This document shows positions 1-10,049 of a DNA stretch of 64,000 nt, piece by piece. Every line of letters begins with the position of its first letter. Positions within the stretch are counted from its first letter, which is position 1. Both the position numbers and the translations under genes were made by a program. The stretch covers positions 569,404 to 633,403 of the forward strand of contig CAVYRS010000002.1 in NCBI GenBank assembly GCA_963770995.1. The letters are read 5' to 3'. Under the pieces are notes generated by a model. It was not told where the DNA came from. It saw only the letters and a list, made by a program, of their open reading frames with translations, and did no database searches. The stretch comes from an uncultured Acidobacteriota bacterium (lineage in GTDB: Bacteria; Acidobacteriota; Vicinamibacteria; Vicinamibacterales; CAVVIG01).

Positions 1-450
1 CAACACGACGTCCTCGTCGCTGAGACCGCGCGGAATGGGGGCGAGGTTGGCCTTCGCATCCGGCACGAGCAGGTAGTCCGCCCAGGCGCCGTTGATGGTG
101 TTGCCGAACTTCCAGCCGCCTAATGCGCCGCCGCACTGCGAGGACGATCCGTTCAGACAGTAGAAGCACTGCCCGCATGGCGTGATGGCCCCGACGATGA
201 CGCGCTCTCCGATGGAGTAGAGGTCTTCGAGGCCCGGGCCGAGCTCCTCGATGACCCCCACCGGTTCGTGACCGAGCACGAGGCCCGGCTTCACCGGATA
301 CTCGCCGCGAACGATGTGCACGTCGGTGCCGCAGATCGTCGTGGTGGTAATCCGGATCACCGCCTGGCCGGCGGCGGCGCGCGGCCGCGGCACCTCTTCG
401 AGACCAATGCGGTCCTTGCCCCTGAACACGACAGCTTTCATCGTCTCCAT
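1..450 (-). CDS. Zinc-dependent alcohol dehydrogenase (MDR family), 5' part; runs off the window edge
   Basis: Manual translation METMKAVVFRGKDRIGLEEVP...TICGTDVH...LGHEPVG...TPCGQCFYC shows the GHE catalytic-Zn and structural-Zn Cys motifs; GAAGGAG RBS. Confidence 0.9.
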   Translation of the reverse strand, partial: METMKAVVFRGKDRIGLEEVPRPRAAAGQAVIRITTTTICGTDVHIVRGEYPVKPGLVLGHEPVGVIEELGPGLEDLYSIGERVIVGAITPCGQCFYCLNGSSSQCGGALGGWKFGNTINGAWADYLLVPDAKANLAPIPRGLSDEDVVL

Positions 451-465
451 CGGAGAGCTCCTTCG

Positions 466-912
466 TTACGCGACCTTGACTTCAATTGCCTTCGGCCGGG
501 CGACCTCCGTCTTGGGCAGGTGGACGTACAGGACGCCGTCCTTGAACTGCGCCTCCAGCTTCCCCACCTCGACCTCGGGCGGCAGCATGAACTGACGCAT
601 GAACTTCCCGTAGGTCCGCTCGACCTTGTGGAACTTCCTGCCCTTCTCCTCCTTCTCCTTGGTTCGCTCGCCTTCGATGGTGAGCATGCCTTCCACGACC
701 TCGACCTTGACGTTCTCCTTCTTGACCTCGGGGAGCTCGGCCTTGATCAGGTACTCCTTCTCGGTCTCCTCGATGTCGACCACCGGCGTCCATGTCGCAA
801 AGAAGGGCACGTCCTCCTCGAACCGGCGCGACGGCACCTGGCCGAACACGCGATCCAAGCGGGTCTGGATGTCCTCCAGCTCGCGAAACGGATTCCACTT
901 GACGATGTTCAT
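466..912 (-). CDS. Hsp20/alpha-crystallin small heat-shock protein
   Basis: WNPFREL N-terminus, PVVDIEETEKEY..AELP, ERTYGKFMRQF, FKDGVLYVHLPK, IEV tail. Confidence 0.95.
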   Translation of the reverse strand: MNIVKWNPFRELEDIQTRLDRVFGQVPSRRFEEDVPFFATWTPVVDIEETEKEYLIKAELPEVKKENVKVEVVEGMLTIEGERTKEKEEKGRKFHKVERTYGKFMRQFMLPPEVEVGKLEAQFKDGVLYVHLPKTEVARPKAIEVKVA

Positions 913-1125
913 AAAACCCCCTCGCTCGGGCGGTGCTGGTGCCGCCATGCGGCGCGCAAGTCGGATCGCGAAGGGCCGCCGGATTCTCTGACAGGTTTTC
1001 GCCGGTTCGCCGAAAACCCGGCGGCGGTACGCGCCGTTTCAACGGGTTAGCGCCCGGAGTCCGAGCTCACCGACGTGTTGTGCAAGCCGGCGGCCGGAAC
1101 GAAACATGGATGAGATCCGAGGAGG

Positions 1126-2925
1126 ATGCGAAACCCGTTTCGGCGAGACCTGATCCTGCTGCACCCTCCGGCGGTCTACGACTTCCGGACGAGACCGGCG
1201 TTTCTCGGCCCGTTGGCCGACGCCGTGCCCTCGACCACGATGTTCGAGATGTACCCGGTCGGCCTGACCAGTCTCGCCGCGTTTCTCGAGCGCAACCACT
1301 ACAACGTGGAGATCGTCAATCTCGCATACCGCATGCTGCAGGACCCGCGCTTCGACGTCGCGGCGCAGCTGCGCCGCATGTCGGCGCCGGTGTTCGGCAT
1401 CGATCTGCACTGGCTGCCGCACGTCCAGGGCGCTTTGAGCATCATCGAGCTGGTGAAGCAGCTGCATCCCGGGAGTCGTACCCTCGTGGGCGGGCTGTCG
1501 GCCAGCTACTATCACGAGGAGCTCGTCCGCCATCCGTGCGTCGATTTCGTGCTCCGCGGCGATTCGACCGAGGAACCGGCGCGCCAGCTCCTGCAGGCGC
1601 TCCGCGAATCACGTCCGCTCGACGCGGTCGAAAACCTGACGTGGAAGAAGCCGGACGGCACGGTGGTCGTCAATCCAATGACGTTCGTCCCGACGGATCT
1701 CGACTACGTGGACGTGCCCGCGTACCGCTATCTGCTGCGGTCGATGTTCAAGTACCGCAGCGTGCGCAATCTCGTCCCGCATCTCGAGTGGCTGCGCTAC
1801 CCCGTCACCCTCATCCTCAGCGCGCGCGGCTGCACCGAGAACTGCTCGATCTGCGGCGGATCGCGTTCGGCCTACCTCCGCATCTGCGACCGGCAGCGGC
1901 CCGCGTTTCGATCGCCCGAGAAGCTCGCCTCCGACGTGGCGGCGATCGGCACGTTCTCGCGCGCCCCGATCTTCATGGTGCACGACCCACGCATGGGCGG
2001 CATGCCACGAGCGGTCCGGCTCATGTCGCTGCTCAAACGCCTGCAGCCCGTCAACGAAATGGTGTTCGAGCTCTATTACCCGGCCGGCGACGACTTCGTC
2101 GAACTGGTCGCCGCGAGCGTGCCGACGTGGAGCATCGAGATCACGCTCGAGTCGCCCGACGAACAGCTGCGCCGGCGCAACGGCAAGTTTCCGTGGCCGA
2201 ACGCTGTCGTCGAGGACACGATCGAGCGCGCCCTGGCGCACGGGTGCCGCAAGCTCGATGTCTTCTTCATGACCGGCCTGCCCGGCCAGCACTACGAGGA
2301 CGCGCTCGCGATCGCGGACTACTGCGAACATCTCCTCGATCGCTTCGGATCGTCCGGCCGCCTCCATCCGTTCGTCGCGCCGCTGGGGCCGTTTCTCGAT
2401 CCAGGCTGCCGGGCGTTCGAAGAGCCCTCATTCGGGTACACGACCTTCTGCCGCACGCTCGAGGAGCATCGGCGGGCGTTCCTCCACAACAGCTGGCACC
2501 AGATCCTCTCCTACGAGACGTCCGCGATGACGCGCGACGAAATCGTCCGGGCGACCTACGACGTCGCGGCGCGTCTGAACGAGCTCAAGCATCGCTATCA
2601 GCTGATCGACGACCGCACCTTCGCCGCCGTCCGCTTCCGCCTGCAGATCGCGCGCTACCTCGTCGACCAGCCCGACGTGGTCGACGAGGGCGGCAATCTT
2701 GCCGCAGAGCTCGCCAATCACCGGACGATGTTCGGCGACGACGAGTTGAAGTGGCCGGTGAAGCATCGGTTCCGCGTCGGGACGACGCTGTTGCGCAGCC
2801 TGGCGGCCGGTCTGGCGCTCGAGGTTCACCACACGGCGGCGCGGCTCATCGGCCGCTTCGATGTGGCGCCGGTCGTCTACGCCATGGAGGGGAAGGCCCG
2901 CCGATACGCGCCGCCGCTCCCATGA
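1126..2925 (+). CDS. B12-binding domain/radical SAM protein (TIGR04190-like)
   Basis: DLILLHPPAVYDFR start, B12-binding domain (GIDLHW...GGLSAS), CTENCSIC CxxxCxxC motif, APLGPFLDPG; GAGGAGG RBS. Confidence 0.85.
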   Translation: MRNPFRRDLILLHPPAVYDFRTRPAFLGPLADAVPSTTMFEMYPVGLTSLAAFLERNHYNVEIVNLAYRMLQDPRFDVAAQLRRMSAPVFGIDLHWLPHVQGALSIIELVKQLHPGSRTLVGGLSASYYHEELVRHPCVDFVLRGDSTEEPARQLLQALRESRPLDAVENLTWKKPDGTVVVNPMTFVPTDLDYVDVPAYRYLLRSMFKYRSVRNLVPHLEWLRYPVTLILSARGCTENCSICGGSRSAYLRICDRQRPAFRSPEKLASDVAAIGTFSRAPIFMVHDPRMGGMPRAVRLMSLLKRLQPVNEMVFELYYPAGDDFVELVAASVPTWSIEITLESPDEQLRRRNGKFPWPNAVVEDTIERALAHGCRKLDVFFMTGLPGQHYEDALAIADYCEHLLDRFGSSGRLHPFVAPLGPFLDPGCRAFEEPSFGYTTFCRTLEEHRRAFLHNSWHQILSYETSAMTRDEIVRATYDVAARLNELKHRYQLIDDRTFAAVRFRLQIARYLVDQPDVVDEGGNLAAELANHRTMFGDDELKWPVKHRFRVGTTLLRSLAAGLALEVHHTAARLIGRFDVAPVVYAMEGKARRYAPPLP

Positions 2926-3098
2926 AGCAAGAACCCTTCGTCCTCGAGCGATGCCAGCAGCGCGGCTGAATCCTCGAGATGCAGATCCAGCAGCCGTGCG
3001 ACCTGCTCGACTGTGAGCAGCAGACCCGGCATGTCGAGAAACTCGCCGCGAAGATGTTGTCGATCAGCGTCGCTGGCGATCAGCGTTATCGTGGTCAT
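2877..3098 (-). CDS. Small winged-helix-like hypothetical protein
   Basis: LRGEFLDMPGLLLTVEQVARLL...LEDEGFL..GGAYRR; ATGA overlap with the upstream cytochrome gene; paralog at 49325-49547. Confidence 0.7.
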   Translation of the reverse strand: MTTITLIASDADRQHLRGEFLDMPGLLLTVEQVARLLDLHLEDSAALLASLEDEGFLLHGSGGAYRRAFPSMA

Positions 3099-4465
3099 GG
3101 TTCCCTCCGCAGGTCTCGATCGATATGCCGCAGCTTCAGGGCAAGCCCGACGACGACCATCAGGATCGCGACGAGCGACACTGCCAGCCCGCGCCGGCGG
3201 AACGACAGCTCGGCGAGCCCGCGTTCACCGCTGCGATCGACCTCGGCCACGATCTTGTGGCCGTCCGCGAGCACGCTGTCGACAGCGGCCGGATTGGCGG
3301 CGTGCAGTTCGGTGCGCGCGAGGGTCAGCTTCATCCTCGCCTCGCGCAGGGCCAGCTCGTCGTCGCTCACCTCGATGCCGGCGTTGCGGATGCGGGCGAC
3401 GAGGGCACCCGAACGTTCGACGCCAGCCTTGAGGCGTTCGATGCCACCGCGCATCTGTTCGGCGGCCTTCGCGCCCTTGTCGTCGGCGCCGCTGTGACAC
3501 GTCGCGCAAATCGCATGGCCGGTCGCGCCCAGCATGTCGTCCGAGGGCTTGAGCACCGCATGATTGCCGTGACACTCGACGCAGCCCTTGTCGAAGATCT
3601 GCTGGTGGACGCTTCCCTCGAACTTCTGCGCGAATATGGCGTGACACGTGCCGCAGACGTTCGCGATGGCGCCCACGCCCGGCGGGGCGGCGCCATGGTT
3701 GCCGTGACAGTCGTTGCAGGTCGGCGCCGACAGGTCGCTCCCCTTCGTCAACGCGGTGTAGTGAATGCTCTTCTGATAGTCGGCGAACTGATGGGTCGGC
3801 AGCGGCGATCCATCGGCGAGCTTGTAGCCCGTCATGTGCTTCCCGTCCGCGTGGCAGGTCGCGCAGGTGGCGGCCACGTTGGTCGGGTAGACCGGCGACT
3901 TGGCGTCGCTCACGAGCCGGATGCCGTGCGCGCCGTGGCAGCTCGCGCACGTGGCCACCTTGACGTCGCCGGTCGCCAGGCGCTTCCCATGAGCGCTCGT
4001 CGCATACTCGGTCGCCTGATCGATGCGCTGCTTCGGTGCGAACCGGCGCATCAGCTCGGCGTCGCTGTGGCAGCGCGCGCAGGTCGTAACGATCGTCGAA
4101 CCCGCCGGCTTGCCGCGAAACAACGGGACGGAGTCGCGCCCGCTCACGTCGTGCGCTTGCACCTTGTCCGCAGCTTTCGGATTACCGCCGTGACAATCGA
4201 CGCACTGGAAGCCCTTCTCGCGATGGACGTCGGGACCGGTGAACGTCAGTGCCGGCACCGACAGCCGCTGATCGGAGAGCGTGGCATGGCACGTGGCACA
4301 CGAGTTCGGCGCCGCGGCCGGTTGGGCGGACGCCGGCGACGCGACCAGGGCGACCAGCACGACGATCATGGCGGCCAGTGCCTGGGCTGCAGCGGCCCGC
4401 AGCCGCACGAGTGCCCGCCCCCCGTAAGTCTGTGTGTCAGCCGTGTCGATCAGTCGGGTTCCCAT
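3095..4465 (-). CDS. Nonaheme cytochrome c with C-terminal helical region and membrane anchor (partner of Rieske/cytochrome b)
   Basis: Signal peptide; 9 CxxCH motifs (CATCH, CVDCH, CARCH, CASCH, CATCH, CNDCH, CGTCH, CVECH, CATCH); C-terminal TM helix. Confidence 0.9.
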   Translation of the reverse strand: MGTRLIDTADTQTYGGRALVRLRAAAAQALAAMIVVLVALVASPASAQPAAAPNSCATCHATLSDQRLSVPALTFTGPDVHREKGFQCVDCHGGNPKAADKVQAHDVSGRDSVPLFRGKPAGSTIVTTCARCHSDAELMRRFAPKQRIDQATEYATSAHGKRLATGDVKVATCASCHGAHGIRLVSDAKSPVYPTNVAATCATCHADGKHMTGYKLADGSPLPTHQFADYQKSIHYTALTKGSDLSAPTCNDCHGNHGAAPPGVGAIANVCGTCHAIFAQKFEGSVHQQIFDKGCVECHGNHAVLKPSDDMLGATGHAICATCHSGADDKGAKAAEQMRGGIERLKAGVERSGALVARIRNAGIEVSDDELALREARMKLTLARTELHAANPAAVDSVLADGHKIVAEVDRSGERGLAELSFRRRGLAVSLVAILMVVVGLALKLRHIDRDLRREP

Positions 4466-4470
4466 GACAG

Positions 4471-5550
4471 CTACCTCGCGAGGTAACCCACGATCGTGAA
4501 CACCACGAGATAGACCAAGCCGAGCACGGCGGCCGTCGTGAACACCGGGCTCCGCTCGCCCCGCGACGCCCGCCGATCCAGAAACGGCACGAACACGAGA
4601 AACAGCGCGGCCGCGCCGAAGGCCAGCACGCCGATTCGCTCGCCTTCGACACCGAGGATGTGGCTCGGCAACAGCTTCAACGTATGAAACATCGCGAGGA
4701 AATACCATTCGGGACGGATCCCGGGCGGCACCGCCGCGAAGGGGTCCGCCTTGGTCCCGAGCTCCCACGGATAGAACGCCGCGAGCGCCGCCAGGAGCGC
4801 CAGCGCCACGTACCACGCCAGAACGTCGCGCAGGATGTAATTCGGGAAAAAGGGCATCTCGCGAACGGGTTCGCCGGCCTTGATCCGTTTCTCGATCGCA
4901 AGCGGCACGCTCATCCCCTGGCGCTGCACGAAGAGCAGATGCAGCGCCACCAGCGCCGTCGTCAACGCCGGCAGGACGGCCACGTGCAAGCCGTAGAACC
5001 TCGACAGCGTCGCACCCGTCACATCATCACCGCCGCGAAGCAGGCGGAGCATGAAGTGCCCCACGATCGGCACCGCGCCGGCGATTCCGGTCCCGACCTT
5101 GGTGGCAAAGAAGGACAGCTCGTTCCACGGCAGCAGATAGCCGCTGAATCCGAACCCGAGCATCAGAAAGAGCAACAGCATGCCGCTCACCCAGGTGAGC
5201 TCGCGCGGCTTGCGATACGACTTGAGGAAGAAGACGCTGAAGAAGTGCGCGAACGCGAGGGCGATAAGGAGATTCGCAGACCAGCTGTGGATGTTGCGTA
5301 TCAACCAGCCGAACTGCACTTTGGTCACGATGAACTGCACGCTCTCGTACGCTTCGGCCGCGCTCGGCCGGTAGTAGAGAAGCAGCAGGATGCCGGTGGC
5401 GACCTGGACGGCGAACAGAAACAGCGTCATGCCGCCGAGGTAGTACCAGATCTCCTGCGTGTGCAGGGGCACGCCTTTCTCGACGACGAACCGCTTGATG
5501 TCGCTGAGATCGAAGCGTTCGTCCAACCAGTTCACTGCGGTCTGAAGCAT
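4471..5550 (-). CDS. qcrB: Cytochrome b of a Rieske/b complex (unsplit b + subunit IV region)
   Basis: [47 protein letters not shown] Qo motif. Confidence 0.95.
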   Translation of the reverse strand: MLQTAVNWLDERFDLSDIKRFVVEKGVPLHTQEIWYYLGGMTLFLFAVQVATGILLLLYYRPSAAEAYESVQFIVTKVQFGWLIRNIHSWSANLLIALAFAHFFSVFFLKSYRKPRELTWVSGMLLLFLMLGFGFSGYLLPWNELSFFATKVGTGIAGAVPIVGHFMLRLLRGGDDVTGATLSRFYGLHVAVLPALTTALVALHLLFVQRQGMSVPLAIEKRIKAGEPVREMPFFPNYILRDVLAWYVALALLAALAAFYPWELGTKADPFAAVPPGIRPEWYFLAMFHTLKLLPSHILGVEGERIGVLAFGAAALFLVFVPFLDRRASRGERSPVFTTAAVLGLVYLVVFTIVGYLAR

Positions 5551-5570
5551 TTTCAGCAGCTCGGTTCAGC

Positions 5571-5594
5571 CACGAAATCACGAAGACACGAAAA
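5571..5594. repeat. Three imperfect 8-mer direct repeats CACGAA(A/G)(T/A) in the Rieske-cytochrome b spacer
   Basis: CACGAAAT CACGAAGA CACGAAAA read directly. Confidence 0.55.
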
Positions 5595-5605
5595 AGGCAG
5601 ATCCA

Positions 5606-6100
5606 TCACGCCCGAGACACTACGATTTCCGCCTCCGGGCCTTCACCGCGCACGTTGACCGCGAACCGCTCGAGCGCTCGAGGCGGAGGGCCCGCGACCA
5701 CATTGCCTCCCAGGTCGTAAAAGCCGTTGTGACAGGCGCACCAGAGCTGCGACGTATCGCCTCTGAACTGCACCGTGCAGTCCAGGTGCGTGCACACGGC
5801 GCTGAACGCACGCAACTCGCCGTCGGCCGTTCGCACCACGATGCCGGGCCGGCTGCCGAACTTGAACACCTTGCCCGAGTTCGCCTTGAGCTCCGCCGCC
5901 CTGCCGGCCACGGCGCTGGCCGTGTCGGGCTCGCCGGTTGCCGGCGGAACGAGGTACATTGTTACGGGATAAGCGATCGCCGCGGCGGTCGACACGAACC
6001 CGACCGTCAGCAGCGCATCGAGGAACGTCCGGCGGTCGAACGCCGGCTTGTTGCCCTGAGGCGTCGCCTCGAAGCGCCGCACTCCTACATCCGGTTTCAT
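5606..6100 (-). CDS. qcrA: Rieske 2Fe-2S subunit (menaquinol-type)
   Basis: Tat-like DRRTFL plus TM helix; CTHLDC and CACHNG boxes; GPPPRAL. Confidence 0.93.
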   Translation of the reverse strand: MKPDVGVRRFEATPQGNKPAFDRRTFLDALLTVGFVSTAAAIAYPVTMYLVPPATGEPDTASAVAGRAAELKANSGKVFKFGSRPGIVVRTADGELRAFSAVCTHLDCTVQFRGDTSQLWCACHNGFYDLGGNVVAGPPPRALERFAVNVRGEGPEAEIVVSRA

Positions 6101-6219
6101 ATATCCATTTAGGGCTGCTCCTGGATTCTATCGTCGCCCGCCGCCACCGACCAGAAGTACCACAGTCGCGACAGTTGCCGTTACCGCACGTTTCATGGCC
6201 CTCCTTCGCTTCCCCATGC

Positions 6220-6672
6220 TCACACAGGCGCTGCTTCTCGCTCCGCCACTGTGACGTTGACCGGGATTCCCTGCCGCACGCTCGCGGTGACGATGCAGAA
6301 GTCTTCGAACAGCTGCTCGCAGCGGTGCAGCCGGCCCGCATCCGCGTCGTCGATCTCGGGTTTCAACTCGACATCGATTCCCGTAATGCGGAACTTGCCC
6401 TGCTGGTTGCGCGTGACCCGCGTCACCACATCGGCCTCGACATGGTCCATGTTGACGCGCGCCTTGTGCAGGCAGAACGCGAGGCTTGCGGCGAGACAGT
6501 CGCCGACCGCGGCGCCGAGCACCGCGGCGGCATTTGGACCCCGATCGCCGCCGAGCGGCGGCGGCTCGTCGAGCACGAACGACGAGGATCTCGGCAGATC
6601 GGGAAATTCGGCGACAAACTCGTAGTCGCGGGCGAGCCGGACGGTTGTGCGATACGTACGTTCGTCAGACAT
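6220..6672 (-). CDS. OsmC family protein
   Basis: DEPPPLGGDRGPN, AAVGDCLAASL, FEDFCIVTASVRQGIPV (two catalytic Cys). Confidence 0.9.
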   Translation of the reverse strand: MSDERTYRTTVRLARDYEFVAEFPDLPRSSSFVLDEPPPLGGDRGPNAAAVLGAAVGDCLAASLAFCLHKARVNMDHVEADVVTRVTRNQQGKFRITGIDVELKPEIDDADAGRLHRCEQLFEDFCIVTASVRQGIPVNVTVAEREAAPV

Positions 6673-7850
6673 GGCGTTCTCTCTCATCGTGAGTACCGCC
6701 CCGGCGGTCGAGGTCGGGACGGTACGTGCAGAACGGTTCCTCCGCAAGAAACGAGCCCGTGGCGGCGTAGGCGCGTGCTCGGCAGCCGCCGCAGATCGCG
6801 TCGTACCGGCATTCGCCGCATTTGCCCTCGAGCGCGTGAGGATCCCGGAGGTCTTTGAACACCGGCGAGTAGGCCCAGATGTCCTTGAACCGCTGCGCGC
6901 GCGTGTCGCCGGCGCTGACGGGCAGATAGCCGCACGGATAGACGCGGCCTTCGTTCGAGACGAAGCACACGCTCGTGCCGGCCAGGCAGCCGCGCGTCAT
7001 CGCCGAAAGGTGCTGGCCGGGGTGACCTCCGCCCGTGTTCGGTCGGCCCGAGCCCGGGACGAAGAAGGCCGGCGCGGCTTTGGCTCTCGTCCCCGGCGCG
7101 ATGAACGTCCCGCTGAAGTCGCCGCGGCGGCGCTCCTCTTCGAGGCGCTGGGCGCGGATCCGATAGTAATGCGGCGCGCAGGTCGCCTTCAGGTCGATCG
7201 GGCACGTCTTCGATCGTTCGTCGAACCAGTGGAGCACGCGCTCGTATTCGTCGGCCGGCAGCATCTCGGTCGGCGGCGAGCTCGAGCCCGCAGCCGACCG
7301 GGACGAGCATGAAGAGATGCAGCGCGTCGGCGCCGATCGCGAGCGCGAGATCGAGCAGGGCCGGCAGCTCGTCGACGTTGTGCTTCGCGATCGTCGAGTT
7401 GATCTGAACCGACACGCCTTCCGCATGCAGCGCCTGCAGCGCACGCAGCGCGAGCCGATGCGAGCCGGGCACGCCGCGGAATCGATCGTGGGTGTCGCTG
7501 CTACGGCGCCGTCGAGGCTGATCGCCACGCGCGAAATGCCGGTATCGGCGATCTTGGCGGCGAGGCGATCGGTCACGAGCGTCCCGTTGGTCGCCAGCGC
7601 CATCCGGAAGCCGGTTTCGACACCGTAGGCGGCGATGTCGAAGAGATCCGGACGAAAGAGCGGTTCACCGCCCGAGAGCACGAACACCGGCTTGGCGACC
7701 TCCGCTATCGCGTCGATGAGATCGAACGCACCGGACGTGGTCAGTTCGAGTCGGCCCAAGCTTGCGCTGCGGGACGGCACGGCAGTGTTGACAGGTGAGA
7801 TTGCAGGCCTTCGTCGTTTCCCAGAAGACGAGTCGCAGTGCAGGAGTCAT
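6665..7850 (-). CDS. ahbD: Radical SAM/SPASM heme biosynthesis protein (AhbD/NirJ-like); about 3 frameshifts
   Basis: Pieces across frames: LVFWETTKACNLTCQHCRA, VLSGGEPL, ALATNGTL, ISLDGA, KATCAPHYYR, GCLAGTSVCF, CGECRY..CGGCRARAYA. Confidence 0.75.
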
Positions 7851-8084
7851 CGGCGGGCCTCCAACGGACGAAGCAGAATGGCGTCCGCGACTGCCCGCTC
7901 GACCGCGAGCTCCGTTTGATCGCACAGGAACACGACGCCAGGAAAGCGCTGCAGCATCGTGACGATGGCGCCCGGGGTGACGCCGAGCGCCAGCAGCCGA
8001 TCGGCCGCGGCCGTCGGCCGCCGCGCGGACATCCACCACGACGCCGCGTCTCGCGCTCCGACGAGCGAGGACAGCGGCCGGCAC
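7847..8084 (-). CDS. feoA: FeoA ferrous iron transport protein A (frameshifted, start approximate)
   Basis: RLLALGVTPGAIVTMLQRFP...ELAVERAVADAILL; directly after feoB. Confidence 0.8.
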
Positions 8085-8089
8085 GACCG

Positions 8090-9892
8090 TCAGAACTGAA
8101 TGCCAAGCGCATGGAGGACATAGTTGAGTCCCGCTCCCGTGAAGACGGCGATCGGCGTGATGACCGCCGAGGATCGCGAGTCCGGTCTTCAGCCCGCGCT
8201 CGCGGACCATCATCAGGAAGTTCGCGACGCAGGGCACGAACAGCGTCATCACCGTCAGCGCGACGACCGCCTGGACGCCGGTCAGCTGGCCGCTGTGCGC
8301 GAGCTGAAACAGCCCGGCCGCGCCGTAGTCGCGCCGCAGGAATCCCATCACCAGGATCTGCGGCGGTGGCGGCCGGCAGTCCGAGCAGACCGGTGACGAG
8401 GGGTCGTCCGGCCGACGCGATGAGGACCAGCGCGCCGATCCGATCGAGGACGAACAGCAGCACCGTGCCGACCAGGAACAGCGGCACCGCCTCGCCGAGA
8501 TACCACCAGATGCGCAGGCGGGTCTTGGTCAGCAGGTTGCCGAGCCGCGGCCATCGAATCGGCGGGAGCTCGAGGATGAACTCCGATCGCTCGGCCTGTC
8601 AGCACGCGCGCGGCGAGCCAGCCGACGAGGAACATCTGCCCGAGCACGACGCTGAAGAGCGTCGCGAGCGCGGCGAACGAGATGCCGCCGAGGATGCCCA
8701 TGATCGTCGCCAGCTGCGCCGAGCATGGAATGCCGAGCGCCAGCAGCAGGATCGCGATCAACCGCTCCTTGGGCGTGCCGAGGATGCGCGTCGTCATCGT
8801 CGCCATCGTGTCGCAGCCGAGGCCGAGCACCATCGGCAGCACGGCCTTGCCGTTCAGGCCCATCGCCCGGAACACGCGATCGCAGAAGATCGCGAGGCGC
8901 GGGATGTAGCCGCTGTCCTCGAGAAAGCCGAACATCAGGAAGAACGTCGCGACCACCGGCAGCACGATGGCGATGGCGTAGGTCACGCCCATCGTGATCA
9001 GGCCGTACTGACCGACGAGAAAATCGCGGACGATCGGAACCGGAACGAATCGATCGACGAGCCAGATCGCCGCCGGATTGATGCCACGGCCGAAGACGTC
9101 GTCCTCGAGGACCTTGACGAGCGTCTGCGCACCGAAGACGCCGACGAAGAGATACAGCGCGTAGAGCACGGCGGCGAGAATCGGCAGGCCGGTCACCGGC
9201 CGCCGCGTCGCACGGGCCAGCGCTTCCTGACACGGTTGACAGCGAGAGCACGCTCACGTGACGAACCCGGTCGGCGACCTCGTGCGCCCAGGCTGCGCGA
9301 TCGCTCGCGATGGGGATGCACCGGCACATGTGGCCGGGCCGCGCACGCGAGCGCACCGCGCAGTTCGGGCAGGCCGCGGCCTTCGACCGCGACCATCTCG
9401 ATGACCGGAATGCCGAAGCGCCTGCTGCCAGCTGCCGACGCGTCGACGACGATGCCACGCGCGAGCGCTTCGTCGACCATGTTCAGCACGAGGACCATCG
9501 GCTTGCCGAAGGCGGCCAGCTGCCCGGTCAGCATCAGCGCGCGGCGCACGTTGCGGGCGTCCGCCACCTGGACGACGAGGTCGGCCTCGTCGCGCGCCAG
9601 CACGTCGCGCGTGATTCGTTCGTCCTCGCTGATCGTCCCCGTCGAGCGTGTTGACGCCCGGCGTGTCGATGACGTCGCACACCTCCGCGCCGACGAGCGA
9701 CCGCCCCTTCGTGATCGCGACCGTGGTGCCTGGATAGTTCGAGACGGTCACGTAGCGGCCGGTGAGCCGGCCGAAGACGACGCTCTTGCCGACGTTCGGC
9801 TGGCCGACGAGCGCGACGCGCAGCGGACGCGCCCGCAGCGTCAGGATCGCCGGGCCCGCGGCCGCGCGCTCGTTGACGACATGACAGGGCAT
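8090..9892 (-). CDS. feoB: FeoB ferrous iron transporter; multiple frameshifts
   Basis: G1 GQPNVGKS, NYPGTTV, DTPG, LNMVD, LEDSGYIPRLA, GLGCDT, IPCSAQL, TLFVPCVA distributed over several frames. Confidence 0.9.
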
Positions 9893-9906
9893 GCGCGCGG
9901 TGCTAG

Positions 9907-9922
9907 GGCAATCGCGATGCCG
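9907..9922 (-). promoter_or_regulatory. Putative sigma-54 -24/-12 promoter for the feoB operon
   Basis: Minus strand CGGCATCGCGATTGCC (GG-N10-GC); palindrome-like TGACGGATTGTCGGCG at 9962-9977. Confidence 0.65.
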
Positions 9923-10049
9923 GAGCGATTCGATGCGACTTCCGCTCGTTTTGGCGGAATCTGACGGATTGTCGGCGGGCAGCGGTGGGGGAAATTCTCG
10001 GGGGCCGCGTGATTTTTCCCACTCCGCCGGCGGTGACGCCCGGGACGGG

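Noticed and set aside
7200-9700. Programmed ribosomal frameshifting in feoB/ahbD
   Set aside because: Too many shifts per gene and no slippery heptamers seen; sequence error is the simpler explanation.
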